Origin: an uncultured Candidatus Poseidoniales archaeon | GTDB lineage: Archaea > Thermoplasmatota > Poseidoniia > Poseidoniales > Poseidoniaceae | DNA: 64,000 nt | Assembly: GCA_964015875.1 (NCBI GenBank) | Contig: CAXHEV010000002.1 | Coordinates: forward strand, 141,307 to 205,306 | Direction of reading: 5' to 3' | Shown: positions 16,894 through 28,500 of the stretch, in pieces | Position numbering within the stretch: the first letter of the stretch is position 1 | How the letters are laid out: each line of letters opens with the position of its first letter | Position numbers and translations under genes: made by a program | The notes under the pieces: generated by a model | Told to the model about the DNA's origin: nothing | The model's input: the letters and a program-made list of their open reading frames with translations, nothing else | The model's database searches: none

Positions 16894-18264
16894 TCAGAAT
16901 GGTGTGCCAGTAATCTGCTCAATTTCTTCAATCGTTTTTGGGCAGGATGCTGTGAGAACATCAGGGTCATTGGCTGTCACGAGAACGTCATCTTCAATTC
17001 GAATACCTAGATTTGCATATCGCTCTGGGCAATCCACATCTGGACGCCAGTCACCGAAATAGAGGCCGGGTTCGACAGTCAACACCATGCCTTCCTCGAG
17101 CAGGCGTGGTTCGCCATTTGGTTTGTAAACACCAACATCGTGGACGTCAAGACCGATCCAATGCCCAGTGTTGTGCATATACCACTTCTTGAGGTCCCCA
17201 GTTTCCATGTCCAATGCTTGTTCAAGGCTTTGCGTAATAACGCCCAGTTCAATGAGGCCTTCTGCTAAGACACGACGTGCTTCATCATGAGGTGCATTGT
17301 AAGGTAGACCAGGGCGGCACTTATCGATGGCAGCGAGTTGGGCATCGAGGACCAACTGATAGATTTCTCGTTGTGCTTCTGTGAATGTACCATTAATTGG
17401 CCACGATCGAGTGATATCTGCTGCATATCCACGGTATTCTGCGCCAGCGTCAATGAGGATGACTTCCCCGTCTTCGCACACATCGTTGTTTTGATGGTAA
17501 TGTAAGACGGTAGCGTTGTCACCACATCCAACAATGGAAGGGTAAGCCCAGCCTGAGGCACCTGCATAAACGAAGAAGCCCTCAATCGTAGCTTGTAGTT
17601 GATATTCCATTCGACCGGGTTTTGTATTTCGCATTGCAGCAACATGAGCGACGCTGCTGACATCGGATGCAAATCGCATCTGTTCAATCTCAGCAGCGGA
17701 TTTCCGAAGTCTCAGTTCTGCAATTCTTGCACTCGGGTCTTCAATGGTGACGGGGCCTGTTCCGAAGTGTTGGCGAGCACGGTCCCTTCGTTCCAACGAG
17801 CGAACAACAATTTGATCGACATCACTTCGGATTCCAGTTCGCAGCAAGACCCGTTTCGAATCAGAAAGCATTCCATTGAGTTGAACCTCGAGGTCGTCAC
17901 ACGAGTGGGCAGCATCGACAGCCCATCCATTCAACGCTCCTTCAATCCCAGGTCGACGTCCTTCCCAGATTTCCTTTAATGTGTCCTTTGGTTGTACGAA
18001 AAGGGTGCGAATCCAAGTTCCATCGACATTCTGAACAGTCAGCAGGGCATCTGGTTCATCCCAACCAACCAAGTACAGCAAATCGCTTTGTGTGCGGTAT
18101 GGATAATGGACATCATTCGAGTGAACAGCAGCTTGTGAAGCTGGTATAATTAACAAATCATCAGGGCGCAGTTGGGCGGTTAAACGGTCTACGCGTCGAC
18201 TGTATTCTTCATTGGATATTGGTTGAGGTTCTGCCCCAATGAGTTCCAACGCAGCATCGTACAT
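16894..18264 (-). CDS. pepP: Xaa-Pro aminopeptidase (aminopeptidase P, M24B)
   Basis: AMP_N block YPYRTQSDLLYLVGW. Metal and catalytic blocks VILIDAGAEYRGYAADITR, HNTGHWIGLDVHD, GMVLTVEPGLY and GIRIEDDVLVT. Confidence 0.9.
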   Translation of the reverse strand: MYDAALELIGAEPQPISNEEYSRRVDRLTAQLRPDDLLIIPASQAAVHSNDVHYPYRTQSDLLYLVGWDEPDALLTVQNVDGTWIRTLFVQPKDTLKEIWEGRRPGIEGALNGWAVDAAHSCDDLEVQLNGMLSDSKRVLLRTGIRSDVDQIVVRSLERRDRARQHFGTGPVTIEDPSARIAELRLRKSAAEIEQMRFASDVSSVAHVAAMRNTKPGRMEYQLQATIEGFFVYAGASGWAYPSIVGCGDNATVLHYHQNNDVCEDGEVILIDAGAEYRGYAADITRSWPINGTFTEAQREIYQLVLDAQLAAIDKCRPGLPYNAPHDEARRVLAEGLIELGVITQSLEQALDMETGDLKKWYMHNTGHWIGLDVHDVGVYKPNGEPRLLEEGMVLTVEPGLYFGDWRPDVDCPERYANLGIRIEDDVLVTANDPDVLTASCPKTIEEIEQITGTPF

Positions 18265-18347
18265 GGTTCTTCCAAACGGCCCACCATCTTCAATCGTTGC
18301 CCTCGGCGTGGATACAAAGGAGGGAAAATCGTATCAAACGACTGTAC

Positions 18348-19886
18348 TCAATCCTTTTTTCGTTGCCACTTTGGCAATGAAGTTTCTTGCTCTGTTGCAC
18401 CCATCCTGGCCATCAAAAAGCCAGCAATTGCAATAATAGAAACAAGCGCTATTGTGAATAGGTTGCCACCAAGCATATCTTCTGAACCTGAAACAACGTC
18501 TTGGGGCACTGTCATTGAGAACGCAATTGTGCTGTTCGCTCCATCATCATCCAAAACAATGAGCATCATCTCATAGGTTCCTGAAGCATTTATTTTTGAG
18601 GATTCGAACGTTGTGCCTCCAGTTTGAACCATCACTCCGTCAACATACCATCGGTAGAGCAGTCCATTTTGATCGTTCAGTGTATCGATTGTTTTACTTG
18701 CGTTGAGGAGCCAAGTTTCAGTGTTTGGAACAACGATGGTATCTTGGTGTTGTATCTCGAGACCGTCAAGAGCAAGATGAGCGCTGGGTGGTGAATTCTC
18801 AACCATAAAGGTGGAAGTGGTTCGAATGAGGTGTCCTGCAGAATCCCTAACGAGAAGAACAACTGTCCATTCTCCTGCCTCATCTGGCAAAAGTGAAACG
18901 CTAGATTCTGTAATGAATGATTCAGATGCAAATGCAGATTGTTGACCACTTGGATTGATCTTCGACCATGTGAGCACCTCAGATCCACCTTGATATCCAT
19001 CACTCACTTCTGCAGTAAAAAGCACTTCTTCGTGTTCATAGACTGTTCCTTCGGCGACGAGGTTCAGATCATCAGTCATTGAATGTGACTCGTCAGTAAT
19101 CGAATTGCTAAGCATAACAGATGGTGCTTGTCGATCGATTTGAACAATGAAGAAAACCTCATTCGATGCTGTAAGGGTTCTGTCCTCAAGAAGAATGGAA
19201 AACATCCAAAACCCATCGTCTAGAGGGAACGTAGTTGCGTTGAAAAGCAACTGGAGGTGATTTGAGATACTGGAATTCAGTTTTATTGGCTGTGCTTCTT
19301 TCAAGCACACCGAATTGGGGGCTTCACAGACACGAACATTGAGCACAGAATCATCGAGCGTACCCAAGGGGGATATCGCATCAATATCTACAACAAGATT
19401 GCCGGTAGTGAGAAGGAAGGTGGGTTCGCTGAGAGTTTCGCGATGATGAAGGACTGGATAGTGATTTGAATGACCAAGATACAAAACAATCGTTGCGATT
19501 GGTGTGCTACCATCCGATTCTGAAAGATACACCTCTAGCACACATGTGCAATTCATTCCACTCACATCGACAACCAGTGTCCAACTCCAGTGCTGTTCGC
19601 CTGATGGAGTCACGCTCGTAAGATAGTCACCACTCTTTAGTCCGCTCTCATTCAACCCATTACCAAAATCAACGATTTGCCACTCGACCTGTTGAAGGGC
19701 TATATTCGCAGTACCATTGAGCGATAATATTTCACTGGCATTATGACCGTTATTTTGGTAGAATTCAAATTCCGTGACACTATTCCCAGACTCAGAGGCA
19801 GATGTGATTGAGGGTGTTATGGCCACAGTGATTAGAAGGAACACGACGGAGACAAGCGATGCACGTGATGCAAAAAGCCTGCTCAT
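18348..19886 (-). CDS. Cell-surface protein with a signal peptide, Ig/PKD-like beta-rich repeats and a C-terminal TM anchor
   Basis: The start is taken at MSRLFASRASLVSVVFLLITVAITPSITSA (signal-like); the open frame extends to 19970. The C-terminus is LFTIALVSIIAIAGFLMARMG followed by a basic tail. No catalytic motifs seen. Confidence 0.65.
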   Translation of the reverse strand: MSRLFASRASLVSVVFLLITVAITPSITSASESGNSVTEFEFYQNNGHNASEILSLNGTANIALQQVEWQIVDFGNGLNESGLKSGDYLTSVTPSGEQHWSWTLVVDVSGMNCTCVLEVYLSESDGSTPIATIVLYLGHSNHYPVLHHRETLSEPTFLLTTGNLVVDIDAISPLGTLDDSVLNVRVCEAPNSVCLKEAQPIKLNSSISNHLQLLFNATTFPLDDGFWMFSILLEDRTLTASNEVFFIVQIDRQAPSVMLSNSITDESHSMTDDLNLVAEGTVYEHEEVLFTAEVSDGYQGGSEVLTWSKINPSGQQSAFASESFITESSVSLLPDEAGEWTVVLLVRDSAGHLIRTTSTFMVENSPPSAHLALDGLEIQHQDTIVVPNTETWLLNASKTIDTLNDQNGLLYRWYVDGVMVQTGGTTFESSKINASGTYEMMLIVLDDDGANSTIAFSMTVPQDVVSGSEDMLGGNLFTIALVSIIAIAGFLMARMGATEQETSLPKWQRKKD

Positions 19887-19948
19887 GGTAGACTCTCGGC
19901 TCCCTTCAGTCATGAATCTTAGGCCGATATGTTCGTCCTGATTCTTGC

Positions 19949-22900
19949 TCATTGAGCGAATGGATCGCACAATTCACCTTGGCCAGGGAAGCTGGTTGGG
20001 TCACGTGGGTTCGTATCCCACTTGTATTCACAGTAGTTCACGTGCCCATCACCATCTTGATCAACCATACGGTCCGCTGCATCGAACGGATCGAACTTGA
20101 AGTGGAATTCCCATCCAGTGGCCATACCGTCATTGTCATGGTCTTGGTAGTAGACTTCTGGACCGTCATTCCAATCATCTCCATCAGTATCGTTGCTGAT
20201 TGGGTTGGTTCCGTTTTGGAATTCTTCAAAGTTGGTGTAATTCTCAAGGTTGTCGTAAAATTTCTGTCCGTCTGGAGAATCTGGGTCGATGTTGCACTCT
20301 GAATTCGTTGTGTCATTGTATCCAGGGCAGTATTTCTTAACCAGTCCAGTGCGATTCAAACCATCGTCGTCAGGGTCTTCTAACCCGTCAAGAATACCAT
20401 CTAAGTCACTGTCTGGCATCGATGGATCAAGGACCCCACGCGCACCATAAGCACTCACAGAGGCGTTGTCAACCAGTCCTGCTTCAAGAGCAAGACCTGA
20501 GTAGTAAACCTCCCAGCCATCAGGCAGCATATCGGAATCTGTATCATCGTCCACCGGGTTTGTGTTCCACTTGTCTGGCGCTTCTGCTCCGTTTGCCAAG
20601 GAATCATTGTCGATGTCGTACGTGTCATCTTTCAGTGAATCGAGGGATGGATCTAATGCCCAGCGACCATTACATGAACAGAATGAATTTTCTGGCATGG
20701 AAAAGCCTGTGAGGTTCATTTCAGAAACTTGGTACTTCGGCTCAATCACGAAACCACCAAGGTTGTTTTGCCAGACATATCCGCCAGGATTCATGGTGCA
20801 ATCACTGGTTTGTGATGGCACACAACCGGGTCGTTCCCATGTTGATGTGGCCACCCAAAGGCTGTGAGAATTGGTGTTATCTTCAGTGGATTTGACCTGC
20901 ATCTCCCAACCGTCAAGCATCCCGTCTGCATCAGTGTCGTTGATGAGTGGGTTGGTCGGATTTTGGAACGGACGTGGCACGAAGAGAACTTCATTACCAT
21001 CGATGAGGCTATCGTTGTCTGTGTCAGAATTGTTAGCATGTGTGAGGAAATTATCCTTGCCAGCGATGACCTCTTCTCCATCTTCTAGTCCATCGTTATC
21101 GGTATCAAACATGCATGGGCTTGTGAAGTAAGCAACTCCTTCCCAAGAGAAACCTGCGAGCGCTTCTGTTTGGTCACCAAGACCGTCACCATCGGTGTCG
21201 GGGTTTGACGCATTTGAGCCGCCAGTACAGACGGTTGCGAATTCTGTGTAATCGGAAAGTCCGTCTTCATCCGTGTCAAAGAGTCCGGGATCTGATGTGA
21301 CCCACGTTCGTACAACACCGTTGTTCACAACAAGAATTTCCCAACCCATGACCTCAATACCGTCAATGAGTCCATCACCATCTGTGTCAGGATTCAGGGG
21401 GTCTGTGGAACGGCCGTCAATGATGCCGTCTCCATCCCTATCACGGGCATTGTATTCCATCAAGTTGGTGAATTGTTCCTCGGGTTCGACAATTTCCATC
21501 CATGTGAAAAGTCGTGATTCAACAGCCATTCCGAGCGAAACGTGAATCTCATAGACATAGCCAGAAACTGGAGCTACCATAGGAATGGTCTGCTTGTTTC
21601 CACCTGCAAGAGTAATTTGTGCTCTTGCCACTGTTGAATTTGCGTCAACCCATTGGTCTTCCACAACATCGATACCAATGACAACAGCTGTGAATTCAAG
21701 AGTTTCATATCGCACAGCGCCATCGCCATCTGCATCCCAGCCATCGTGATCTGGGTCGAGGTCTCCGTTTGCACCATCCCTTGGATGAAGGCCATTCGTT
21801 GATTCCCAGCCATCAGGCATGCCATCAAGGTCGGTATCCATACGCCATGGGGAAGTGAAGTTCGTGGGGCCAAAGATGTTCGCCACTTGGTATTCTTCGT
21901 AGTTGTTCATTCCATCTTCGTCCCAATCGCCGTAGCCATCAGAGGCGTTTGCTGGATTCAGGGTTTCGAGAGCGTTATTGTTCGGTTGATCGAGAACATT
22001 CGAATAGCAGAATTCGAATCCATCTGGCATTCCATCACCATCGGTATCCCAGTCAGAAGGTCCGTTGAGAAGCCCATCACCGTCCATGTCCATCATGAAC
22101 CAAGACCGGTCTTGGTCTTGGAATGGCGCTGTTCGAGTGACTGATTCAAGCAGTGGGATGTTGCAGTTTTCACCAACACCAACAAAGAGTCCCACGGATA
22201 CGTTTGACACTTCAATAATGTCGTCGATCAAGTCCATGTCCGAATCACGTGCAGTTGGGTTTGTTCCGAATGTTTCTTCCTCGAAGTTTGCAAGTCCATC
22301 GTCATCTGTGTCGAGGACCATGTCACAGGAATGTGCTCCAAGTGAATTGGCAAGATCATCCCAATCTGCAACATCACCTTCGCCATTGAATCGTGTCGAA
22401 AGGGTGTCCTCCATAGCCTGATCGAGGAGCAAGCAATCCCAGTTTCCGTTGAGTGGGTCGAAGAGGGTCACATCGCCGCCAGGAGTTTGAACGGTCATGG
22501 TGTAAAGTGACTCCCAGCGGTCGTTGAGCCCATCATTATCAGTGTCAGAGCGTTGAGGGTCAGTACCAAGTTCTTCCTCAATTTTGTTGATCAAACCATC
22601 ACGGTCAGGATCTCCATTTGGCCCTTGGCTTGGGTCTGGCCAGGAATCTGTTTCGTTGGCGATGTTGGCGTCTTCGGTGTCAGCTTCGCCCGGATCTTGG
22701 AGTAAGTCCTCAGATTCGCCATTGTCCAGAGGATTCAGGCCGTGGTCTACTTCCCAACCATCACTCATGCCATCTTTATCGGTGTCCGGATCTTCTGGAT
22801 CTGTTCCATATTGAGTGTTTTCAAGAACGTCTGACAGACCATCGCCATCAGTATCGATTGCGGTTCCTAACGCAGTGCCGCTACCAAACAAGTCGTCTTC

Positions 22901-23047
22901 TGCAGCGCTCTCATAACCACCGATGCCCTCACTGGTTTGGAAGTATCCAGAAAGACCAACGAAAATGGAACCGAAAATCAAAGTCGAAACAATAGCAGCG
23001 TAGGCCATTTGGTTGTGATTTAGCGACATGAAGAACACCCAGCACAT
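19949..23047 (-). CDS. Giant extracellular TSP3/calcium-binding repeat protein (N-terminally anchored)
   Basis: 1032 aa. An N-terminal hydrophobic anchor (AYAAIVSTLIFGSIFVGLSG) is followed by dozens of D-x-D-x-D-G-(L/M)-x-D-G-W-E units (DTDGDGLSD, DTDKDGMSDGWE, DTDNDGLNDRWE, DMDGDGLLNG, DTDLDGMPDGWE, DSDLDGILDG ...). Confidence 0.8.
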   Translation of the reverse strand: MCWVFFMSLNHNQMAYAAIVSTLIFGSIFVGLSGYFQTSEGIGGYESAAEDDLFGSGTALGTAIDTDGDGLSDVLENTQYGTDPEDPDTDKDGMSDGWEVDHGLNPLDNGESEDLLQDPGEADTEDANIANETDSWPDPSQGPNGDPDRDGLINKIEEELGTDPQRSDTDNDGLNDRWESLYTMTVQTPGGDVTLFDPLNGNWDCLLLDQAMEDTLSTRFNGEGDVADWDDLANSLGAHSCDMVLDTDDDGLANFEEETFGTNPTARDSDMDLIDDIIEVSNVSVGLFVGVGENCNIPLLESVTRTAPFQDQDRSWFMMDMDGDGLLNGPSDWDTDGDGMPDGFEFCYSNVLDQPNNNALETLNPANASDGYGDWDEDGMNNYEEYQVANIFGPTNFTSPWRMDTDLDGMPDGWESTNGLHPRDGANGDLDPDHDGWDADGDGAVRYETLEFTAVVIGIDVVEDQWVDANSTVARAQITLAGGNKQTIPMVAPVSGYVYEIHVSLGMAVESRLFTWMEIVEPEEQFTNLMEYNARDRDGDGIIDGRSTDPLNPDTDGDGLIDGIEVMGWEILVVNNGVVRTWVTSDPGLFDTDEDGLSDYTEFATVCTGGSNASNPDTDGDGLGDQTEALAGFSWEGVAYFTSPCMFDTDNDGLEDGEEVIAGKDNFLTHANNSDTDNDSLIDGNEVLFVPRPFQNPTNPLINDTDADGMLDGWEMQVKSTEDNTNSHSLWVATSTWERPGCVPSQTSDCTMNPGGYVWQNNLGGFVIEPKYQVSEMNLTGFSMPENSFCSCNGRWALDPSLDSLKDDTYDIDNDSLANGAEAPDKWNTNPVDDDTDSDMLPDGWEVYYSGLALEAGLVDNASVSAYGARGVLDPSMPDSDLDGILDGLEDPDDDGLNRTGLVKKYCPGYNDTTNSECNIDPDSPDGQKFYDNLENYTNFEEFQNGTNPISNDTDGDDWNDGPEVYYQDHDNDGMATGWEFHFKFDPFDAADRMVDQDGDGHVNYCEYKWDTNPRDPTSFPGQGELCDPFAQ

Positions 23048-23137
23048 CTGTGCAAGTTTCTCGACTCCATGTCGTGGTTATAGTCCTTAACCATAAATGG
23101 GCAGAATTGTGCTATGAACCTGTCGAGATTCGTACCA

Positions 23138-24211
23138 CTAATCTTCAATGTAGTCCAGCCTAGAATCAACTTCCAATACCCATGAATCAGTTGGTTTTGT
23201 TAAATTGAATTTGGACGTCCGGCCGTGACCTCGCTCCCACATTGCAACAAGCCATCCGGTTAGAAAGGGAAGAACTGGGGAATCTTCGAGTTCAAAGCGA
23301 ACCCCATGCTCTGAGTCTAGAGAATCAATTGAGATTGGTGTGCCCCAGCCAGATGGTTTGAGGTAATGATTGGCAAGTGATGACCAGCTGGCCGTATTTT
23401 CGATGTAGATTGGTTGTTCGCTCCCGTTAACGAGATGCGACATCGACGCCGATATCATGAGAAACACCGTTCGATCACCCGAAGTGAAATCAGGAGTTGA
23501 CCACGCGGCAACCCTCTCGGATGTCAATGAATGCTGATAAGCACGGCAGGTGTGAAAAAGCCTCGAGAAGGCATCCATCGGTAGCAAACATACGGATTCT
23601 CCAGAAATCGTCCAACCTTCATTTGACCATGTGAAGTCGGAAAATAAGTCGACTTGGTCTAATGCCAGTGTGTGTGTTGACCCCCAGGGCAGGGAAGGAA
23701 CCTCGGGTGCCGGTGGTAATGTTGAAGCATCTTCAGTCCAATCGAACTGGATTAGACGTTGGCCAGTTTGTCTCCATTCCATCTTATACCGCTGACCGCT
23801 GATTTGCTCCTTTGTTGCAAGAGCAAATCCGGATATAATCGGGGCAAACACCAAGGAATTCGCAGTTTGTAATTTCAAATCAACAACGCCCCAGCCATAT
23901 CGTTTCCAACGGCCATCAATCACGCCTTTTTGCCGTCTTTTCTTCAGAAACCGTCCACGTGAAAGCGCACCAGAGAGGCGCAAAAGATATTCTTCATGAT
24001 CAGCACAAGCATTCATTAATTTTCTTCCTAATGGAGTTTGACAAGTTGATTCAAAAGCGTGCCACCATGCATAAAGATCGGTCGTTTTCCACACAACCCA
24101 CGATCTGCCGTAGGCATCGAGAATCCGGCCATTGACCATATGAAATTCATCTTTGAGATCAGTGACCAGTGCATTATCGCTTTGGTTTGACCCAGTATCC
24201 ATTGGACTCAC
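23138..24211 (-). CDS. Hypothetical protein, directly abutting glyA
   Basis: 357 aa. A GTG start follows the glyA TGA immediately, or ATG 9 nt later (MDTGSNQ). Trp-rich with no TM segments. No family recognised. Confidence 0.6.
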   Translation of the reverse strand: MSPMDTGSNQSDNALVTDLKDEFHMVNGRILDAYGRSWVVWKTTDLYAWWHAFESTCQTPLGRKLMNACADHEEYLLRLSGALSRGRFLKKRRQKGVIDGRWKRYGWGVVDLKLQTANSLVFAPIISGFALATKEQISGQRYKMEWRQTGQRLIQFDWTEDASTLPPAPEVPSLPWGSTHTLALDQVDLFSDFTWSNEGWTISGESVCLLPMDAFSRLFHTCRAYQHSLTSERVAAWSTPDFTSGDRTVFLMISASMSHLVNGSEQPIYIENTASWSSLANHYLKPSGWGTPISIDSLDSEHGVRFELEDSPVLPFLTGWLVAMWERGHGRTSKFNLTKPTDSWVLEVDSRLDYIED

Positions 24212-25540
24212 TCAAAACGGGTATCCAGTGTTCTCATCTTCGTTGAAACAATAACGAATAACTTGATGATTGGATTTGAGTGTTTTCACATCAGCCTTCA
24301 CTAATTGAGGGTCCTCGTTCTTGATGAGAACACGAGCATACAGCTGTGCCACTTCTTCCATTTCTCTTGGACCCATTCCGACTCGAGTTAACTCTTGAAC
24401 ACCAAGACGTAATCCAGAAGGTGTCATAGCTTTGGTGTCACCAGGTAGCATATTCATATTCGTGATAATACCAGCATCTTCAAGCAGTCTCGCAGCCTTA
24501 GCACCAGCACCGGAATCAGTTGATCCATGTCGTGTCAAAACTTGGTGTGAGGCGGTGTAACCACGGCTTTCCGCAAGCACATCGAATCCTTCTGCGGCGA
24601 GGGCACTTGCAAAATGTTTGGCGTTTGTTACGATGTCTTTCGCATAAGCAGCCCCATATTCTTCGAACTCAGCCAATGCGATGACTTTTCCAGCAACGTG
24701 GTGCAAGTGGTACGAAGAGCAAACACCTGGGAAAATTGCGTTGTTGAGACGCTTTTGGAAGGCTGGGTCTTCACTGCTGGAGAGCAGGAATCCTCCTTGA
24801 GGGCCAGGGAAAGTTTTGTGTGATGAACCGGTCATGACATCTGCACCTTCTCGCAAAGGGTCTTGAAACATACCACCTGCAATCAGACCAAGAACATGCG
24901 CTCCATCGTACATCACCTTCGCCTCAACTTCATGAGCAGCGTCAGCAATTTCTTTCAAAGGCGTAGGGAACAAAAAGACAGATTGACCGATAAGGGCGAC
25001 CTTGGGTTCCAGTTCACGAATGAGAGCACAAGCACCATCAATGTCGGGTTCCATCCGGTCTTCATTCCATGGATACGTCGATAAATTGAGATCACGAAGT
25101 CCAACTGCCCCCATTCGAGCGTGCGAAATGTGTCCACCATCTGCCGTTGAAACAGCCGTTATGGCATCGCCAGGCTTTGCTAAAACTTTGAGCGCAGCAA
25201 TGTTAGAAACGGTACCTGATGTGGATTGTATATTTGCAAATGGGGCGTTGAAAACAGATTTTGCAAGGTCAATTCCGATGCTTTCGATGGTATCAAAATC
25301 ATCGCACCCTTGGTAGTATCGCTTACCAGGTAATCCTTCTGCGTATCGTCCATGAAGATCGCTTGCAACAATTTTCTGCACCATGGGGGATACAATATTT
25401 TCAGAAGCGATCATACCAAGCCCATGACGATACAGTTCACCACTGTCTGCGGTTGCTTGCATGACTGCATTCGCCTTTGAAAGGGTAGACTCACCGGGGG
25501 ACCACGAACCACGTGCGTTGCTCATGAGGAGTTCTTTCAT
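24212..25540 (-). CDS. glyA: Serine hydroxymethyltransferase
   Basis: LGMIASENIVSP, RYYQGC, QSTSGTVSNIAAL and the PLP-lysine block VMTGSSHKTFPGPQGG. Confidence 0.95.
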   Translation of the reverse strand: MKELLMSNARGSWSPGESTLSKANAVMQATADSGELYRHGLGMIASENIVSPMVQKIVASDLHGRYAEGLPGKRYYQGCDDFDTIESIGIDLAKSVFNAPFANIQSTSGTVSNIAALKVLAKPGDAITAVSTADGGHISHARMGAVGLRDLNLSTYPWNEDRMEPDIDGACALIRELEPKVALIGQSVFLFPTPLKEIADAAHEVEAKVMYDGAHVLGLIAGGMFQDPLREGADVMTGSSHKTFPGPQGGFLLSSSEDPAFQKRLNNAIFPGVCSSYHLHHVAGKVIALAEFEEYGAAYAKDIVTNAKHFASALAAEGFDVLAESRGYTASHQVLTRHGSTDSGAGAKAARLLEDAGIITNMNMLPGDTKAMTPSGLRLGVQELTRVGMGPREMEEVAQLYARVLIKNEDPQLVKADVKTLKSNHQVIRYCFNEDENTGYPF

Positions 25541-25584
25541 TGGCCGGTCTTTGAACCCATTGCCGTGATAGGTTTGTCCTTCAC

Positions 25585-28500
25585 TCAGCTAAAATCAACG
25601 GAATCGTCAGATTTTGTAGGCTCAGGGCGAACATTTGGCCCCGTTCTTTTGCTACCCACCACGACGTTACTTGTCGAAGGCCGAGATTGAACTCGTTCAG
25701 AGACACGAGTGTTTGTTGGAATACCTCGGTTGCCGAGATTAACATCAGTCACTGTACGAGGATTTTGGCGTGAGGAACCGACGCGTTTTGGAGCGGTTGA
25801 AGAACTCTTCTTAGCACGTTTTTGTTGCCTTCCTCGGTATGCTGGTTGTCCGATGAGGCGCTCGAGAGCGGGTGTGTCTGCACCTTCTTCTTTTGGTCGC
25901 TTGAGCCACCAGCCCTCACCAAGGGGTTGAAGACGCGGAGGGCGTGACTTCTGAATGGATTTCGATTGGCGCTTGAGGCGGGCTTTCACTGCCTTGTCTG
26001 TGTCTTTAGGTAAGCGAACGGTGAGCCAGGCAGGAAGGCCAAGGTCCAATACTACACCGTTCACTGTAACGAGCATTCCCGATAATAAAAGGTGGGTGCC
26101 AACTGGAATATTACCACGCTCGGGTTTCACCTTGAATCGCTTCATCCGCTTGGCATAAGCAACCATCCCTTTCTGATCACGGTGCCTGATCATTCGACGT
26201 TGCTGACGAGCAAAGCGTCGTGAAGCAATATGCAAAAGGAAGAGAGTGACCAAAACTAAGATTCCAGATAGTTGTCCTTGCTGGCCGTAAACAAATATGG
26301 CAAGTACAATCCAAGATGGAATCAGTACCAAGAAATTGAACACCAAGTTGAGCCAACCAAAACTGAATTTGGGAGGCATGCCTCGACGTGTAGCTTCATG
26401 GGCAGCAATCAACACATTGGCGTTGATGGCTTCATCCATGCCACCCTTGACCACGAGACCTGCAACTGGATTGACCGGTGCATCGTTGATCCATTGACGG
26501 GCTTTCTTGCCTCCCCCGACAGCCAAAGCCACTTCCATATCTTGAGTATCAACTGTTTGACCGAGGATTGCAGCAAGAGCAAGGACACGAGGGTCGTGAC
26601 CATCACTAGCCTTGAGTTCTGATAGAATCGAGCGGGCACTGTGCCAATCACCTTTGTCGATTAAACACAGTGCAGCTGCAATCCGGGGACGAACGCCAAG
26701 CGGTTCTGCACGGATAAGTTGCAGCGAAAGATCGAGAGCATCGTCGTGCTTACGCTGTGCCCGCATCAGGCTGATCATAGAAAGTTGAGCGACGCGAGTC
26801 AGTCGATCGGTGTGAATGGTTTGGTCAGTGGGTGAGGGTTGCCACCCACGAAGCATTCGCATTAGGACTTGAAGATGGTCGATGCAAGAGTTGTTTTCCC
26901 AATCCCAGAAATCATCTTCCTGTGCATTTCCCTGCCAAGGGTCCAGCCATTCACAAACGAAGGCGAGTAATTCTGGTTCATCGTAGCCTTCCGGTTGTTG
27001 TAGTCCGTGGAGAGCTTCTCTTGCAGCATCCAAACGCCTCGAAGCCATATGACCCACGGCGACAATCATGCGGCAGATATCATCGTCTCCCCCAGATTGA
27101 GCAAGCACCTTCTTCGCTTCTTCAATCGCACTGGGCCAAAGTCCACGAATCGCCATCTCCCACATTCGGGCCCTTGCTTTCTCGTGACGAACGAGAGATG
27201 GATCTCCATCTATTGAGCGCCTTTGGAATTGAATCAGTGCATCAAGGTCTTCAGCGATGGCTGCGTCTTCAACGAGATTTCGCATCCAGTCCCCTTGCGC
27301 AAAAGTCACTGCGCCTTCACGACGTTCATCTGGATTCAGATCGAAACGCAATGATCGTAATGATTTGAATCGGATGATAGAAAGGGCCCAGGTGAACAGG
27401 AAAACTGCTTGCCCTAAAGCAATGAACATCCATGTTGCTTCGAGCCTTGCTCGCTCATCGAAACCAAATCGATCTGCTTCTAGGATATCTGTAAAAGGCA
27501 TCAAAGCTCCGAATTCTTTGTAGCAAACCAAGATAAGGAGAAGAACTGTATACCCTGAAAAACCTGCAAACGCAAACATCAATTGGCGGGATTGCGCCTC
27601 GACCTCAGTTCTTATTTCTCGAGGCGTGTCCAGAGTCACCCCAAACAATCCACCGAAAGTTTGTCCACCAAGCACCAAGTTTCGAGTCAACTCAAAGATG
27701 AACGCCAAACCGACAATGGCGATGTTCATTGAAAGGTACAATGAGAGGAATTGTGGTAGTTCTTTGATAAATTGCCATTCAAATAAAATCTGGGCGATAA
27801 TATCAACTCGCTCAAAGACCATGTAGCCTAGAACGCCACCGTAATTGAGGATATCAAAAGCCCGTTGTTCTGGTACATCGTTGAATAAGATGTGATAGAC
27901 AGTAATGATTCCATTCAGGGCAGTGATGGGCATCGTTAACAAGAAAACAACCAACAGAAGCGAGAATAGCCGGTTGACAAATTTCGGCTTATCTGGGTCA
28001 ATTGGATTTGGCTTTCCGTTTGCAGTACGCCATTTGTTGATGAGAATCATGTTCCAAGATGCACCCATGATTCGACCGTATGCAAAAATGGTCGGTGCCA
28101 TAAATGTCAGCATTGCCGCTGCCACCCATATTGGACGAATTGCGGCAGCCCCATCACTTTGTGAACTTCCGTATAGAACAACTGCAAACGTTGCTCCCGA
28201 CAAGATAAGCAATGTCGTTAACCTGCGTACGAATTTGACGTACCCCTTTGATTTTCCACTCGAAGATCGGGTTCCAACAAGTTGGGCATTCAACGTCTCC
28301 CAAGGGGATATGAATACAGGTATTAAGATCAAAACACCAATCAAAAAGAGATTCGGAAGGAAATACACCTCAGGGTTAAACAAAAGTTCAGTGATCAGCA
28401 GAAGCACACCAGTCATCCCCATGACATAGAGACCAACGCCGAAAGCTGTCCCCCCTTCCTTCAACAACGCCCTTGCATCATCCACATTGCGGGTGATGCG

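Noticed and set aside
19949-19970. 22-nt overlap between the TSP3 giant gene and the downstream surface-protein ORF
   Set aside because: The downstream gene more plausibly starts at the signal-peptide Met (19886), which removes the overlap.
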